A stretch of 64,000 bases of DNA from Callorhinchus milii. Lineage: Eukaryota. Under the pieces are notes generated by a model, which was not told where the DNA came from, did not search any database, and was given only the letters and a program-made list of their open reading frames with translations. The stretch is taken from assembly GCF_018977255.1 (NCBI RefSeq), contig NW_024704743.1, forward strand, positions 47,432,001 to 47,496,000, given 5' to 3'. This document shows, piece after piece, positions 22,746 through 36,060 of this stretch. Made by a program: the position numbers and the translations under genes. Positions within the stretch are counted from its first letter, which is position 1. Each line of letters starts with the position of its first letter.

Positions 22746-23550
22746 GAATGCAACAAACATAAAAGCCCTATTGATTTTAGCAGCATAACCACACTGGCTT
22801 TCCAGTTATTTGCAGGAAACATTTGTGAAATATTTGTAAGTGCTGACACTGGAGATATGACCATGATTGTGGGCCCTCAATGAACCAACACCAACAATGC
22901 ATCTCATCTCACTCAGCCACTGCTGCATGGAGCATGTTTTAATAAACACTGGAAGTGTGATGTTTTTATTCAAGAGCAGCAATGCTTTGGGTGGACTTAG
23001 ATTCTGTATTTGCTGTTAGCATTGTACTTCTTATTGATATTAGAAACTGTTATCTACATTAATTGTGTTGGCCACCCCCCACCCCAGCAAATTTCTATAC
23101 ACCTCTAGCTGTGTGTGTGTGAGTGAGAGTGTGTGTGCATATGTGTGCATCTCTCTCTGTGGCTGTCTCAAAATCTCTCTATTTCATTCTGACTGGGGCT
23201 GAAAAGCTGCTCATTGTCAAAATGGCAGAGCTAATGCACCATAAAAGCACCTCATGACAAAAGCACATTTTCTCCAGGTAACCTAACTTGAAGACACCGT
23301 AACCTGACAGAAATCAGCTCTAATGCAAGATCAGCTCGGATCTGAGCAGTCTGCATGTCCTTCCAAGCATGTTTTCCAACTACTCTTTGACTGTCTGTCT
23401 TTGTCTCTCTCCACCATGTTGTGGGTGCCTGTGGCTGCTGGAGGAGGATTGGACATCTTCCTATCATGGGTTGTGTTTCTCTGCCTTCCATGTTGCCAAA
23501 GAATCCACATTACTTGCTGATGTGAATCAACTCTGAATCACTCTGCCGGC

Positions 23551-23925
23551 AATAATAATAATAATCCGTGCCATATCACATCTTCAAGACATCTCAAAAC
23601 ACTTCACAGAATATATTTTAAAGTGAATTGACTGCATATTTTGTGGGCAAAACGCGGCAGCCAATTACACACAGCAGTGTCCCACAAACAGTCACGGATT
23701 GAGTAATCAAATTATTATTATTTCTTTTTTTCTTTGGAAGGGATTATTATGCCCTCTAAAGCGATCCGCCAATCGACTAACAACCAAGTTCCTACTTACT
23801 GCTAGGTAAACAGAGGCGTGGGGACTAAGGAAACTTGCTCAATGTTTTGCCCTACCCGGGAATTGAACCCAGATCCTCTTGCTTACAAGGCGAGTGCCCT
23901 AACCACTAAGCTACAGGATTCCACG
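23551..23925 (-). mobile_element. SINE family A, full length
   Basis: Head, central block and tail as in the other family A copies. Confidence 0.9.
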
Positions 23926-24379
23926 TTCCATGGACTTGGAAAAAAAATCCCGTTAGCTGTAGTGTATAAACTCAAAATTGGATCCAAGCACAGTTAAGTA
24001 TTTCTTGGCACACTCACTATACTTCGTGATCTCACAATTTATTCTTGATCTCAGCTATTTTTCAGATGAGCAGACACACGGGTCCCCAGTGTGTGAGTGT
24101 GATAGGGTGCTTATCTGTAGAGGTAATCTAGCACTTCTTGGTGTGGGACATTACTCCGCAAGGAATTATATGAATGAATCTGTGAGCCGTAAACCTTGTG
24201 TCGTTTTTGGCACAAATTCAAGCTGCTTCTGGCATTTTGACACCAGAGAGAGGAAGTAAATGGCCACACAATCAGCTGATAATCAAACGGGACCATTCAC
24301 CCTTACGCAAAGAGAGTTTAGAAATCCCTCACTGTGCAATCTATGTCATGTGGGACATATGGCCTGCACGGTGGTTTAG

Positions 24380-24610
24380 TTTGATCTTTGCTGTCTGTAA
24401 AGATACCAAGCAAGGGAGGAGTGGGAGAGGGATGGCGAATGTAGGTACGCTCAAAGGGGTAGTTTTTAATGACAGATATCGAGGGGGCAAGATGAATGGG
24501 TAAAGAGAGAAAATGGGCTGCCGTTGTTGGAAACTTGAGATCACTGATGGTGGGGCTGAGGGGGTGGGTGAATGCAAAGTAGGCCCAAATATACTGAGCG
24601 GATGAATGCA
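24380..24610 (-). mobile_element. Possible old L2 endonuclease fragment
   Basis: Pyrimidine-rich on minus. Translation NYPFERTYIRHPSPTPPLLGIF loosely resembles the SFE...IYRPP region of the APE domain. Confidence 0.3.
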
Positions 24611-27436
24611 CTTGAGTTAGGAGGTACTAATCAGCCTTCTCATTGTGCATTGCTATGCTGCTTTAAGCAGTATCACTTTGCCTTCAATATGAATGAACCA
24701 TAAGGTAATACACATGCTGTATTTAACTTTAGTCTAGCAATTGTATCATTGGGTTTCCAGGATCTGATTCACTTGGCTTCAGAGATAATACTATCATCAT
24801 TGCTTGGAGACAATTTCAGATTTTGTACAATTGTTGAAACACAGTTTCAGAATAATCTTCATAAGACCATCCTCAATCTTCAAATGTAAATGCATATTGT
24901 ACAACCAGTTTTAAATATCCAGTTGAAAAACCAAGTTTTAAAAAATCAGAATCATCTGCTTAAATTTGACTAACACATTCAAATACACATTACATTACAT
25001 TGCTTATTTTATATGCCTTAAAATTTGAGCTTCAACATCAGAGACTGTAGCATAGAATGTCATAGAATCTATACCACCAGCACATGTCATTAGGGTCAAC
25101 TAGTCCATTCCAGTGATTTATACTCCACATCAGCCTTTACCCAACCTGGTCCATCTCCCTTCCAAGCTTCTCCTGTACATATTCCCTTATCCCTCAAGTG
25201 TGCAACTGTTGCCATTTTAAACAATGAAAATACTTTCCATTCTTGGCATTTGTTCAAAGTCTAACTAGGATGCTCTTTTATGGAGACAATATCAAAATTC
25301 TGATACAGCTGGAGTGAGCCTGATATAATTTTCCTTCTGTGTTTAGAGGCGTCTTTGGTTATTTATTTTTTCTTCCCAATTTCTCCCTGGATTCTTGCCA
25401 CCAGATAAAATCTCCAGCAGCAAACAGTGCAGATGGAGCCTTAATTCCAAGCAAGTGTTTTGTGGTTGTGCACAAAACTTGGAGGTGGCCTCAGTAACTG
25501 TCATGTGATAATTAATGGGAGCTGATCAAATAAATCTCGAACGTGCCCCAAAAGGCTTGGGGATCCGACAATAGCCGAAAGAATAATTTTAAAAGTAAAA
25601 AAAAATGTAAGTTAAAAAGCCATTCTGGAGGCTAGGTTTCAAAGATCAAATCTTGTCACTATGTTAAAATCCAGGTTGTGCTGCTTCAGTTGTAGCAGCT
25701 GAAGGAAACAACATTCTCCAGAGGTTGGGAGAGGAAGGAATAGAGTCCCAAGCCTTCCATTAAAAACAGGATACAAATGACCATGTATTCTGCTCTTTGA
25801 TATTTGTCATATCATGCACTATCTATTACTCACAAAAATATTTTTACAGTTGTTTTTGCAATTATATTCAGAGCATTATATTTGTGATCAAGGTACATGT
25901 GATATGCCAAAGTAATGCTATTGACTGCAGTGCTGCATATCATTGCAGTTCTTTTAACTAAAACAGCAGGTCTTTCAGTGTGGGTTCCAGGGGCAGGTCA
26001 ACGTAGTTCAAAAGTTACTAAAACTAAACAGCACTTTTTCAGCAAAATACACTGAAATTCTTTTCATGTGAAATTTGTGTGGTAAACTGCATTTATCCGT
26101 TGCAAGTTTTTGAATGGTTTCAATACAATACCTAAATTTTCAATAGGGTGCTGCAGAGAAAATATGTGGCGGGTGTTACTCATTACATGCTCCATTGAAC
26201 CTCATAAGGCTCAATGTGTTTTTGTGAGGTCACACTGTTACAGGTCATATGCACCCACAGTGCACACATTCTTTACATCGCAAGTCACCAGGCCTTCATG
26301 TTTCCTTGATTAGTTTACAATAAATTGGCTTTGCAATGTTGAACACATAACAGCAAAACTCATTTACCAGATGTTTAAGAAAGATAGTTTTATCAGGTTA
26401 ATCTTGGAAGGTGAAATTATTATCGGATTTGAATCCTTTACCTCTATACTTTATCCTTAACATAAAAGAAAATGTATTGTTTCACTTAGTTATGATAATT
26501 GAATTTCAGATAAAATATGTATTATGTTGTTTTTTTAATCTTGACTAAGCGGTTATGAAACTTTACAAGATGATTAAAATGCCATAGTGAGACTTGGAAC
26601 TGACCTTCCTTTCTATATATAGAAAAACTACAATGAAAATGTGAGACCACTTTGTTTGGAAACGATTCATCAACAAGTTTAAAAGAATCCAAACCAGAAT
26701 AACTGAGAATTCCATATATGCTACCTAAACATGAAATGTGATCATATTTGGAACTCAAGCAAAATTTCTTGTGGAAGACAAAGTTGGGTAATTTTTCTAA
26801 AATTATCTGCAACGTTCAATACAGTATTTCTGTATTACAGCCTACCTATGTAAATTAACAATACGGTAAATATCCTTTGGGGGTAAATTTAGCAGCACTT
26901 TTCAGAAGCGGAGCTCTTGGTTTCTAAATCAAGGTCAGTGGTGGACTGGTTCCCCAATGCAGCTTGGGATTGTCATGTAAATTGGGGCACTGATTCACGG
27001 GGGATGCAATTTGTGTGGGGTGCCAAAAAACATAAAACATCCACTGGTTTAAAAATTTTGTGAGCTTAGGTGATACTTCTGATCTATGCTGTATCAGGAG
27101 CCATTCACAAGGGCACCCTGAAAAATTCCTGTTTTTCCATATACTCAGTCCACCATTGACCAAGGCAAGTAAGATTTGGAAATTGTAGTCTATAGAGCAG
27201 CCTCTAAATATTCTAGAAACAATTTTCCTCTCACTGCACTTGTGCAATTAATTCTACTTCATAGTTCCACTTCCTGGTTTGCTATGAGGGTTAGCATCAG
27301 CTGGAGGAAGAAAGCTCACAAAGTTTTTATTTCTTGTTAGTTCCTTTGCAATTTAGCAGCAGGAAAGTACCCTCTTCCTTAAAAGTCTAATTTGGCAATA
27401 ATATATGAATAATATTTACAATATTTCATCACCTAA

Positions 27437-28410
27437 AGCAGAGAGCCCAGCAGCGTGAGGAGGGAACTGAGTGAAGTGGAACAGAGTGAGAATTGTGTTA
27501 AGGAATGTGGTGAGAGTGGGAATTCTTCAGCAAGGGAGATAGTAGAGAGCAAGAGAGATTTATTTTGTTCAGCAGAAGAGTGGGGAATCTTTCTTGAGGT
27601 AGAGGCAACCTTCCAGGTAAGCAGGCAAACAAGTCAATTAGCAGTTAATCATAAGCCAGGTGGTGGACATAAAAAAATCTACTGACCAGTCAAAACTGGG
27701 TGCTTTTGTTTGAGTCCTATAAAAAGGGGAAGACTTGCAAAAGCCTCACTGGAGCAGAGATCCCAGCAGCATGAGGAAGGAACTGAGTAAGGTGGAATAG
27801 AGTGAGAATTCTGTTAAGGAATTTGGTGAGAGTGGGAATTTGGTTCAGAGGGAGAAACAGGTGCAGAATTATAAAACCTATAATAGTTATATTAAAATAA
27901 TATAAAATATGTCTGGGAATACAGCAGGGAAGCTGAGACGGGTTGCATGCACAATATATGCTATGTGGGGACTCCAGAATGCTTTGTTTGTCCTGGATAA
28001 ATATATGTGTAGGAAGTGCCTCCGGTTGCTCAAACTTGAGCTCAGGGTTTCTGAGATCGAGGAGAGAATGATGTCACTACATAGCATATGGGAGGTTGAA
28101 CAGTTCATAGATTGAGTGTTTCAGGAGGTGATCACCCCACAGCCACAGAGGGTTCAGGAGGAGAATGAGTGGATGGCCACCTGGCATGGTAGGAAGAGGG
28201 AACGGGCAGAAATCCCCTGAGAGTGTGGCACTCACAAACTGGTTCTCTGTACTGAATACTGATGAGGGTGATGACACGTCTGGGGAGAGGTGACCAAAGC
28301 AAATGGATGCACAGGAGGACAATGCAATTGTCATTGGGGACACAATGGTGAAAGGAGTAGAGAGATGTTTCTGCAACCAAAAACTCTTGCATGGTATTGC
28401 TTTACCTTTG
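27437..28410 (+). mobile_element. CR1 LINE 5' end: duplicated 5' UTR segment and degenerate ORF1
   Basis: ORF 27909-28115 (VACTIYAMW...CRKCLRLLKLELRVSEIEE) matches the CR1 ORF1 zinc-finger/leucine-zipper. It continues frameshifted to LTNWFSVL and AIVIGDTMVKG (esterase start). A ~90-bp direct repeat occurs at 27437 and 27753. Confidence 0.8.
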
Positions 28411-29749
28411 CATCATATTTCTAAAGGCTAATGACAGCTCATGCAGTTACTGTGGGAAATCCTAAGCATGAACCCATGTGTGCTGATGCCATGTCACATC
28501 CTCACACAAGTCCACAGATACTTCTTACTGGCAGCATGTCCTATAAGGACAGATGCAATATGCTCCAGGTGTCTATCAATCCAGACAAGAAGCTACTAAG
28601 TTACCATAAAGGGAGTACAATGTCATAACAAGTATATACAAATGATAAATGGAGAAACTTTTTTTAAAAAAATCCTCTGAAGGAAAGTAGACTTTTTCAC
28701 GAGAAGTACAGTATCTGAATGACCAGTATATTTATTTCAAATCTTGAAACTTTAACCCAATGTGAACTTCTTAATGTAACTAAATTTGGAAAATCTATAG
28801 TGCTGAGAAAAAATGCTTGTAAAACAGAATAATTAACAACGATTACAAACCCACAAACTTTTTAAAGCAGAACAATTATAAATTTAGCACAAAACAACAT
28901 CAAAGAAAGTAGTCACTGAGGAAACAAGTTATTGAAGGAAATCTAATAAAATGTTATTTTTCTTTCTCAGGGACTGAAGTGAGAAGTGTCAACTTGTCTT
29001 AAATTCAGGGCAACTTCTTTATAACTGTTATGTGCTTCGAGATGTCTTCCTAAAGTAAATCTAAATTGTACTGTATAAGCTTAGCACCAAAAAATAATTC
29101 TGGTTGCCAAGTCAACACTGATATTACTTCATGCATGTTCATGTGCTATGCATAGAAACCACTGCTAAGTCAATGAGAGCTATGTGCAAGGAGTGCCAAT
29201 CAGCCCTGTATCCTGCACCGTGCTTCTGATTAGCACGGATCCATAGGACACCAGGGGCCTTGTACACCAGAATATCCCTAATCTGCATCCCTAATAAGCA
29301 TTACATTACCCTGCTTTATGAATGCAAATAAACATTATTGGAAGTGCCTACACTCTGTCTGACAACAAAGAAATCAGACCGTTGGGTTATTCTGTTTGTT
29401 CAATGGATCAAATCCTTCAATGTGAACTGAGAACAGGATTTCCCATCATAAATGCACATCAAAAAGATTTACTATTTAGCAGACAGAGCAGAATAACTCT
29501 GTGACTCTTAAGCAAAGCTGCTCATTACAAGTACACGCTGCCAAAGGTCAATCAATTTGCCAACCAAAGAATCTCTTTTGTGTGTGTTATCTTTTATCTT
29601 TTATGGTGAGAGCCAAGCCATTGGTGTGTTATATCTGAGAATGAGTTATGAATGAGAGCTTTACAACAAGGGGGGAATACTTGTGTGGGTTAACTTGCTG
29701 GTTTTGAAGAGATTGTGATCTAGGCCAACACTTCAATACACTCGCAAGG

Positions 29750-29860
29750 AGGTGCATTGTTGGAGGTGCCATTAGTCAGAGCTATAAAACCAAGGTCCTG
29801 TCTGCCTGTTTCAGTGATTCAGCTTGATATTAAAGATCCCAGGCAGTATTTTAAAGAGAA
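29750..29860 (+). mobile_element. SINE family B central-domain fragment
   Basis: gcattgttggaggtgcc...aaaccaaggtcctgtctgcctg...attaaagatccc. Confidence 0.65.
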
Positions 29861-30021
29861 ATATCAATATTCCTCCTATAATGTTTGTTAATCCAGAACA
29901 CAATTTAGATTCACTAGTTCCTTTATTTAAAACTTACACTCTCTTCCACAATATGCCTAGTCACTTTCCCAGAATCTTTTTATACTTGCTTCTTTTCATC
30001 GTCAATGTCCAATTAAGTCAT

Positions 30022-30065
30022 CAACAACAACAACAAGATTACATTTGTATAGCGCCTTTCACGTA
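30022..30065 (-). mobile_element. Ultra-short L2 3'-tail insertion
   Basis: caacaacaacaacaagattacatttgtatagcgcctttcacgt, identical to the corresponding part of the 1722-1787 insertion. Confidence 0.8.
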
Positions 30066-30789
30066 ATATGCTACACCTCCCTCATCCAAATTCACCTAAA
30101 ATCAGTTTAATTGCTCATTTGTCTCATTGCTCTTTATGGAATGTAACTGGTTAGCTATCACATCTGCTGATATAATAGTGACTTTTGTGCTCTCTATCCC
30201 TCAGTAACACAGCATACAATGCTATTACCCACTGAACCATCTGTGGAGTTCTTTTTATTCCTTTATGCTTGATCACTAACTGGGAGCTTTGCCAGTGGGT
30301 AATCAGGATCGGTGCTGGAATTCAGTTATATTGTATCATCTGCTGTTTGAACCAGTTTTATCCATTAAGGCCACAATTACCAAAACTGGATTTGATTTGT
30401 CAATCGTCAAATAACATAGTTGGCTTTAATAGCATATGGGAAACAGATTTTGGAGCTCAAATAAAATTAGAAAAGGTGGCAGGGGATAGAGTACAACTAT
30501 TCAACAGCTCGGCTTGTGAGAACCGCAATGTAAACTGGTCTGTGTAAAATGCTACATCACTGGATCCTGGCTGGATTGTCTGACTGATCACTGAGAAATG
30601 TATCAGATATATTTAATTCCTTCACTTCATTGGTTCCAGATCTTAAGGCGTTCTAGATAAACTGTCTCTATCCTGTCACTGTTACGGTGGCTTTTAAGAT
30701 ATCAGATGACCATACATTTGTGCCATAAAGACATACCAAGAAACCCAAATCCAACACGTAGACTTGGTTGTCTCCTCCAGAGATCGGAT

Positions 30790-31035
30790 GAGCACATTAT
30801 AGAGCAGATGATACATTTGCTGTGAAGCGCACATCATCATTGGGAGTATTCGCTCAATGGGTCAAATGTTATTTGATCTTATATACTTATGTAAAGTGAT
30901 GCTGCTCGAGTCACTGCAGCAAATGATTCTCCGGAGGAGGCTTGGTTATCCCTCTAGATATTAGGTCAGGATATTCAGGGGTACAGGGCAAGGGCAGGTA
31001 ATTGGACTTGAGGTATAGATCAGCCATAACCTTGG
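30790..31035 (+). mobile_element. Old CR1-type 3' end
   Basis: gggtacagggcaagggcaggtaattggacttgaggtatagatcagccat resembles shark CR1 ORF2 end / 3' UTR. Confidence 0.5.
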
Positions 31036-31559
31036 AGGAGGTCGCTAGTAGATACAAAGTGAAGATATTGGGATAGATAAGAATGACACCAGGAAAGGAG
31101 AGAACTGTGGAGATGGAGCTGAGAAGAATAGAATGTTCATCAGACAGAGAAGAGAGTTTCTCCTAATGTATTATCTAACAATCCTCCAATTAAATTAGTC
31201 ATTCATGTTCTAGCTGTTTGTGCTTTATTACTGTGTGCAAATTGGCTCCCACATTCTACTTCAGATATACAACAATGAGCCATGAAGTGTTTTGAGATGT
31301 TACATGCACAATATGAAATTCATAGTTTAGTATTGTTTTAATTATTATTATCAGTACCTTGGGATGTCCCCTCCGACCTGAACGGCGCTATATAATTGCA
31401 ATTTGTTGTTGTATACACAAACTGGAAGCTTAACGGTTATTGGTAAGACTCGGATTAATGTGTTTTTTTTAGCAATTTTATAGATATATAGTAAAAATGC
31501 AACAGCTGAAGACTGGAGGAATGCAGACATGTTCCTGATTGCTCACAAAGAAGTCAGAC

Positions 31560-32360
31560 ATAAATTGGGGAATCATTAATGTTCCATCAGTACTGGGTAA
31601 AATGCTCAAGAGTATTTCATGGGATGCAATCAGTGTTCACTTAAAGAGCACCAAGGCCATAAGAAAGTGTTTGACATCATTTTTGAAGCAATAGGTCATA
31701 CCTCATAAATCTACTGCAATACTTTGAGGAGATCGGTGAATTATTTGATGAAGGCCATCCAGCAGACACGATTTAGTTGGACTTTCAGGCAGCATTTGAT
31801 AAAGTTCCCCATTAAGGTGTTAAAAGAAGATCAAAGCATGCTGAATTAATGGCAAATTAGTCAGTTGAATTGGAAATTGCCTTGCCAAAGGGTATCAGAA
31901 GGTAATGATCAATGGAAAAGATTATGTATTGGGGGCAGTTACCAGTGTAATTTCTTTGGGTAAATTAACAACATAGAGTACCCATAGTAACGCTATGGTT
32001 TAACATTTGCTGATAGCATCAAGGTTCTATAGTTAGACTTTTACTCAGAACATTCATAGAATTCAAAGGGCTCTGAAGAAGTTAAGTGGATGGAATAGCA
32101 GTCATTTTTATACGGATGAATGCACATTGTGACATTTAACGTAAAATTGGTGGGATTTGAGTGTAAATATTCATCAATGGGTTGAACAATGTGTAACTGT
32201 TATCAACAAAATTAATCAAGGACTGGAATCCATCGGAGATTATTTGTTTATAAATCAAAACAAGTTATTTTAAACTAGCATAATTCATTGGTAGAATATT
32301 GGCCAACTTGAATTCAAAAGGACACTGATATATAAGAAAGGATCTAGAGAATAATGACTA
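31560..32360 (+). mobile_element. Old CR1 RT fragment
   Basis: ttggactttcaggcagcatttgataaagttccc = LDFQAAFDKVP; tggattggaaattg-like WIGNWL and tttgctgat (FAD) follow in order. Confidence 0.7.
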
Positions 32361-32421
32361 CAAAGATTTTATAGTATTGTGAGGACAACAAAATTAAATG
32401 TGCATGCATTTAACATTGGGA

Positions 32422-32745
32422 AATAATAAAAATAATAATAATCCTTGCATTTGATATAGCGCTTTTCACGTCGGGAGGACGTCCCAAAGCGCTTCACAGA
32501 ACACACTGTAAAGTGAATTGACTGTATATTTGTGGGCGAACGCGGCAGCCAATTGCGCACAGCAATGTCCCACAAACAGTCGTAGATTGAAAATGACCAA
32601 TTTATTATTGTTTTGTTTTTGGAGGGATTATTATTAGGCGTGTGGAGTAAGCAAACTTGCCCAAGGTTTCGCCCTGCCTGGAATTGAACTCAGGTCTCTC
32701 GCTTGCAAAGCGAGTGCTCTAACCACTGAGCTACAGGACTCCATA
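32422..32745 (-). mobile_element. SINE family A, near full length
   Basis: Head tggagtcctgtagctcagtggttagagcactcgctttgcaagcgagagacctgagttcaattcc; tail with gggacgtcctcccgacgtgaaaagcgc. Confidence 0.92.
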
Positions 32746-34349
32746 AATAACACTGAGAGAACATAGATCCAACTCTTTAAAACACTGAAAGACATAGATA
32801 ATATCCATGACACAAATTATGACTTCAGAATCTGAAAAACAAAATTAATAAATTTCAAATAAGGCTACAAATGAGAGGTATTCTCTCTCCCCCCCCTTTC
32901 ACACACTCACACATACACAAAGCACTGTAATTTTGTAAAAATATGGCCATCAAAAACAGTTGATTCCTCTTTAAAAATTAGTTGGATAAGTAGTTGGTAA
33001 AGATAAGTACAATTGCATTAAAATTGTTCCATGGAACACCATAGTTACAGTGCTGCTGGGATTTTGAAAACGCCATCTGGAAAATGCAACCGGTTCTGCT
33101 TCATCAGACACAAAGTGAGATGTAATGAGGCTAATCAGAAATGGAAGGAAAGGGCTTCCTTATATGGGCAATATTTCTCCCACCCCATATTTAATATATT
33201 TCGGAAAAAAATGGTAGCGATGATTATTTTATCGGGTAGTTTCTCTCTGAACAATGTTTTCTCTGTTGGTTTGGTGCCATGCCCCTCCCCAACTCAATCA
33301 TTTTTCTATAATGAATCACAGTGGACCCAGAATGATATCATTCCTCAGTCCGTTGTGTCCATGAAAGTTTTTTTTACATTGCCTCCTTTCTTTTGTATTC
33401 ATTTTTACAAGCCTCGGGCCATGAAATTTACATTTTCTGATTGGTTAAGTTAAAAGATGTGTCAGCACAATACGTCAGGAAAAGAATAAAATAGTGTTTT
33501 TGTTTGCATGGCTTGGGTAAAACTAGCTGAATGTACCCCAGATTCAGCACTTATAGCACAATTCATTTAAGTAGTGGTCAATGAATCTTTAGTCCATACT
33601 AACAATGATTAAATAAATTCATATTTTTTACATATTTATTACATATTTTTTATTCTAGCCATAATACTAGAATTTCTTACAAATCTAAAATCATAATATT
33701 CATATATATGATTAAGTAGCACTGTAAAACAAGATACAGAAACAAGAGACTTGCATTTCACAATTCTGATATGAATCTCTAAACCTCCAAACCAACATTC
33801 ATCTTCATGATTTAAGTGCTTCTTATACACAGCTAAGCTGTACTTTCAACGCCCCAGTTCTCTGACCTAAAATATATTTTAGTCTTTGATTTCTTTATAA
33901 TCAAGAAAATGTAAATGTATGATTTCAGTGCCAAAAGCGAAAACTTCAAAATTCATTAAAAATTAGGACGGAAATGTTTCATCTATGGGTCCACAATACA
34001 CGTTCAAATCACATGGTGTCAGTTTATATGTATTTCTATTCTTCACCAGTTAAAACTTGCGCCCCAGCCGTTGTTAACCTCTTCACATTGTTCAGCTTTG
34101 CCAAGTTCTCAAAAGGCTTTGATAAAAGTGGAGTGAAACGATAATGATTAATAGTGTAGCAGAGTGACTTTTGTTTTAAAAGTAAAATCATACTCATATT
34201 TGACAAATTCTTCTCACTTTGTTAGTAGAACGCTTTTAAAAATTTCCTCACAAAGACTGTTTCCTGAACCTTAAACAAGGAAAATTAATTCTAAAAAGTA
34301 AAAAATATATGCGCTTGTAAGGATTTGTGAACGCATATTCACATATCCA

Positions 34350-34480
34350 GGAGGAAAAATACTGCAGATGCTTGAAATCTGAAATAAAGACGAAAGGTCA
34401 TTGACCTGAAATGTTAGCTCACTTTTCCACTCTTCTATAGATGCTGCCTGCCCTGTTGCATGTTCCCAGCCACTTCTGTC
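34350..34480 (+). mobile_element. Penelope-like element terminal-repeat remnant
   Basis: aaatactgcagatgcttgaaatctgaaataaa...gacgaaaggtcattgacctgaaatgtt...agatgctgcctgccctg matches, from recall, the common shark Penelope-type repeat. Confidence 0.6.
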
Positions 34481-36060
34481 TCATATATCCAGGGTTTTGT
34501 ATCTACCTTGATTGGTATTCAGAGAAGCAAGCGGCTGCTCTGCACCTCTAACTAGTGGAGGCATCACTCAATAGGTTGGGTTGTGTGTCTGAGCTGTGGG
34601 CAAAAGGGTGGTAGCAATGTTCTCCACATTACTGCTGAGTTTTACTGCTCATCATGAGGTTTACATGGAGTTCCTGGTGCTTGCTGTCCACCCAGTGATG
34701 ACTCAAATCAATGTTCATCAGATGTCATGAATCCACAGAACTCCAAAGCAGTGCTGATGAGACCAGCAAGAACTTGGGGGGAGGGGGTGGCAGGGAGCTC
34801 CCACTCCTCTCCTTTTATCCCTACACAAGCCAAAACTCTGATGGGTCATAGCCAGCCAAGCAGCAGGAAGCTTGTCAGATAGTGCACATGTAGAATTCAA
34901 AGTATGATTTTGATACTCGTAAGCATAGCAATGAATTTCTGCGTGTGTCAGGCACCCAGCTAACCAAAAGGAAATTAGCTTATATTGAATTATTATTTTA
35001 TGTTTACATTACATATGATTTAAGTGCTTATTATCTGGAGAATGTTACTTATTAAATTTCTAGAGTGTTATTGGGATCATATATGTCAATGTAATTAATA
35101 AACTATCGGGATAAAAAAAATCAAATTACTTGATAAAAAAACATATGAACAATAAATGGAAAGAAAGAATTGAGAACAATTAAGAAAAAAAATTCAAACA
35201 TGACATGTGGGCTGGAATTGTCCTCTAAATAAACATCTGAATCTAGATCTATCTAAAATGGTATTTGACTCTGTACAATGCACAATACTGTGTAACCATG
35301 AATGAATATACAAACTGCAAAGGGTCCTTATTTCATAATAAGGAGCAGAATCCACTCAAGTCCACGATCCCATCGTCTAATGGGGGAGTAGTTTCATAGG
35401 TAAAATTAGGTCCATTCCATCTTATGTTTTAAGGCATCTGCTTCCTTAATAATCTGTGGATAGGAATGCTGGCTATACATCTGAGAAATATATTTAAATA
35501 GTGGTCCAATAAATGTATATGTGAATTGTGCATACAATGGACTAGCATTCTATTAGTGAGGACAATAAAATGGGTTTATTAAATCCTTCAGGCAAATGCT
35601 GTGCACACATCATTTGTCTATTATATTCAGAATTACAGTTAACAATGTCTAGTTCTAATTTTATTGCACTCTTGACGATGCTTATTAGACATAATAGATT
35701 ATGTACATTAACCATATGATGATATTCAAACGCGCTAAAATCCAAATGCACAAAAAGTTGAAAGAAATTACCTAAAACTTTCCTAGCAAACTCAATGTTT
35801 TTATTATTTTTATTTAACTTTAAACCATGTTTAATGACATACAAATTTATTTTAATAATGTCTTGATTCCCATAAAAACATTTAACCATTATTACAATAA
35901 TATATTAGATTAATGGAAAAAAACTATTCTCTTAAACACCAGTTTTATAAAAAATTGGAATTTCTAGATAGGAATGTTGAATGTTAACCAATTAATGACA
36001 ATCCTCCTCGGAAGTGGTGGGGGAGGAAAGCTGGGTCTCCTTGGAGTTCGGCTATCTCCA

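Noticed and set aside
33031..33453. 140-aa plus-strand ORF (and the 115-aa minus ORF at 35542-35889)
   Set aside because: No domain resemblance or supporting splice structure; compatible with chance.
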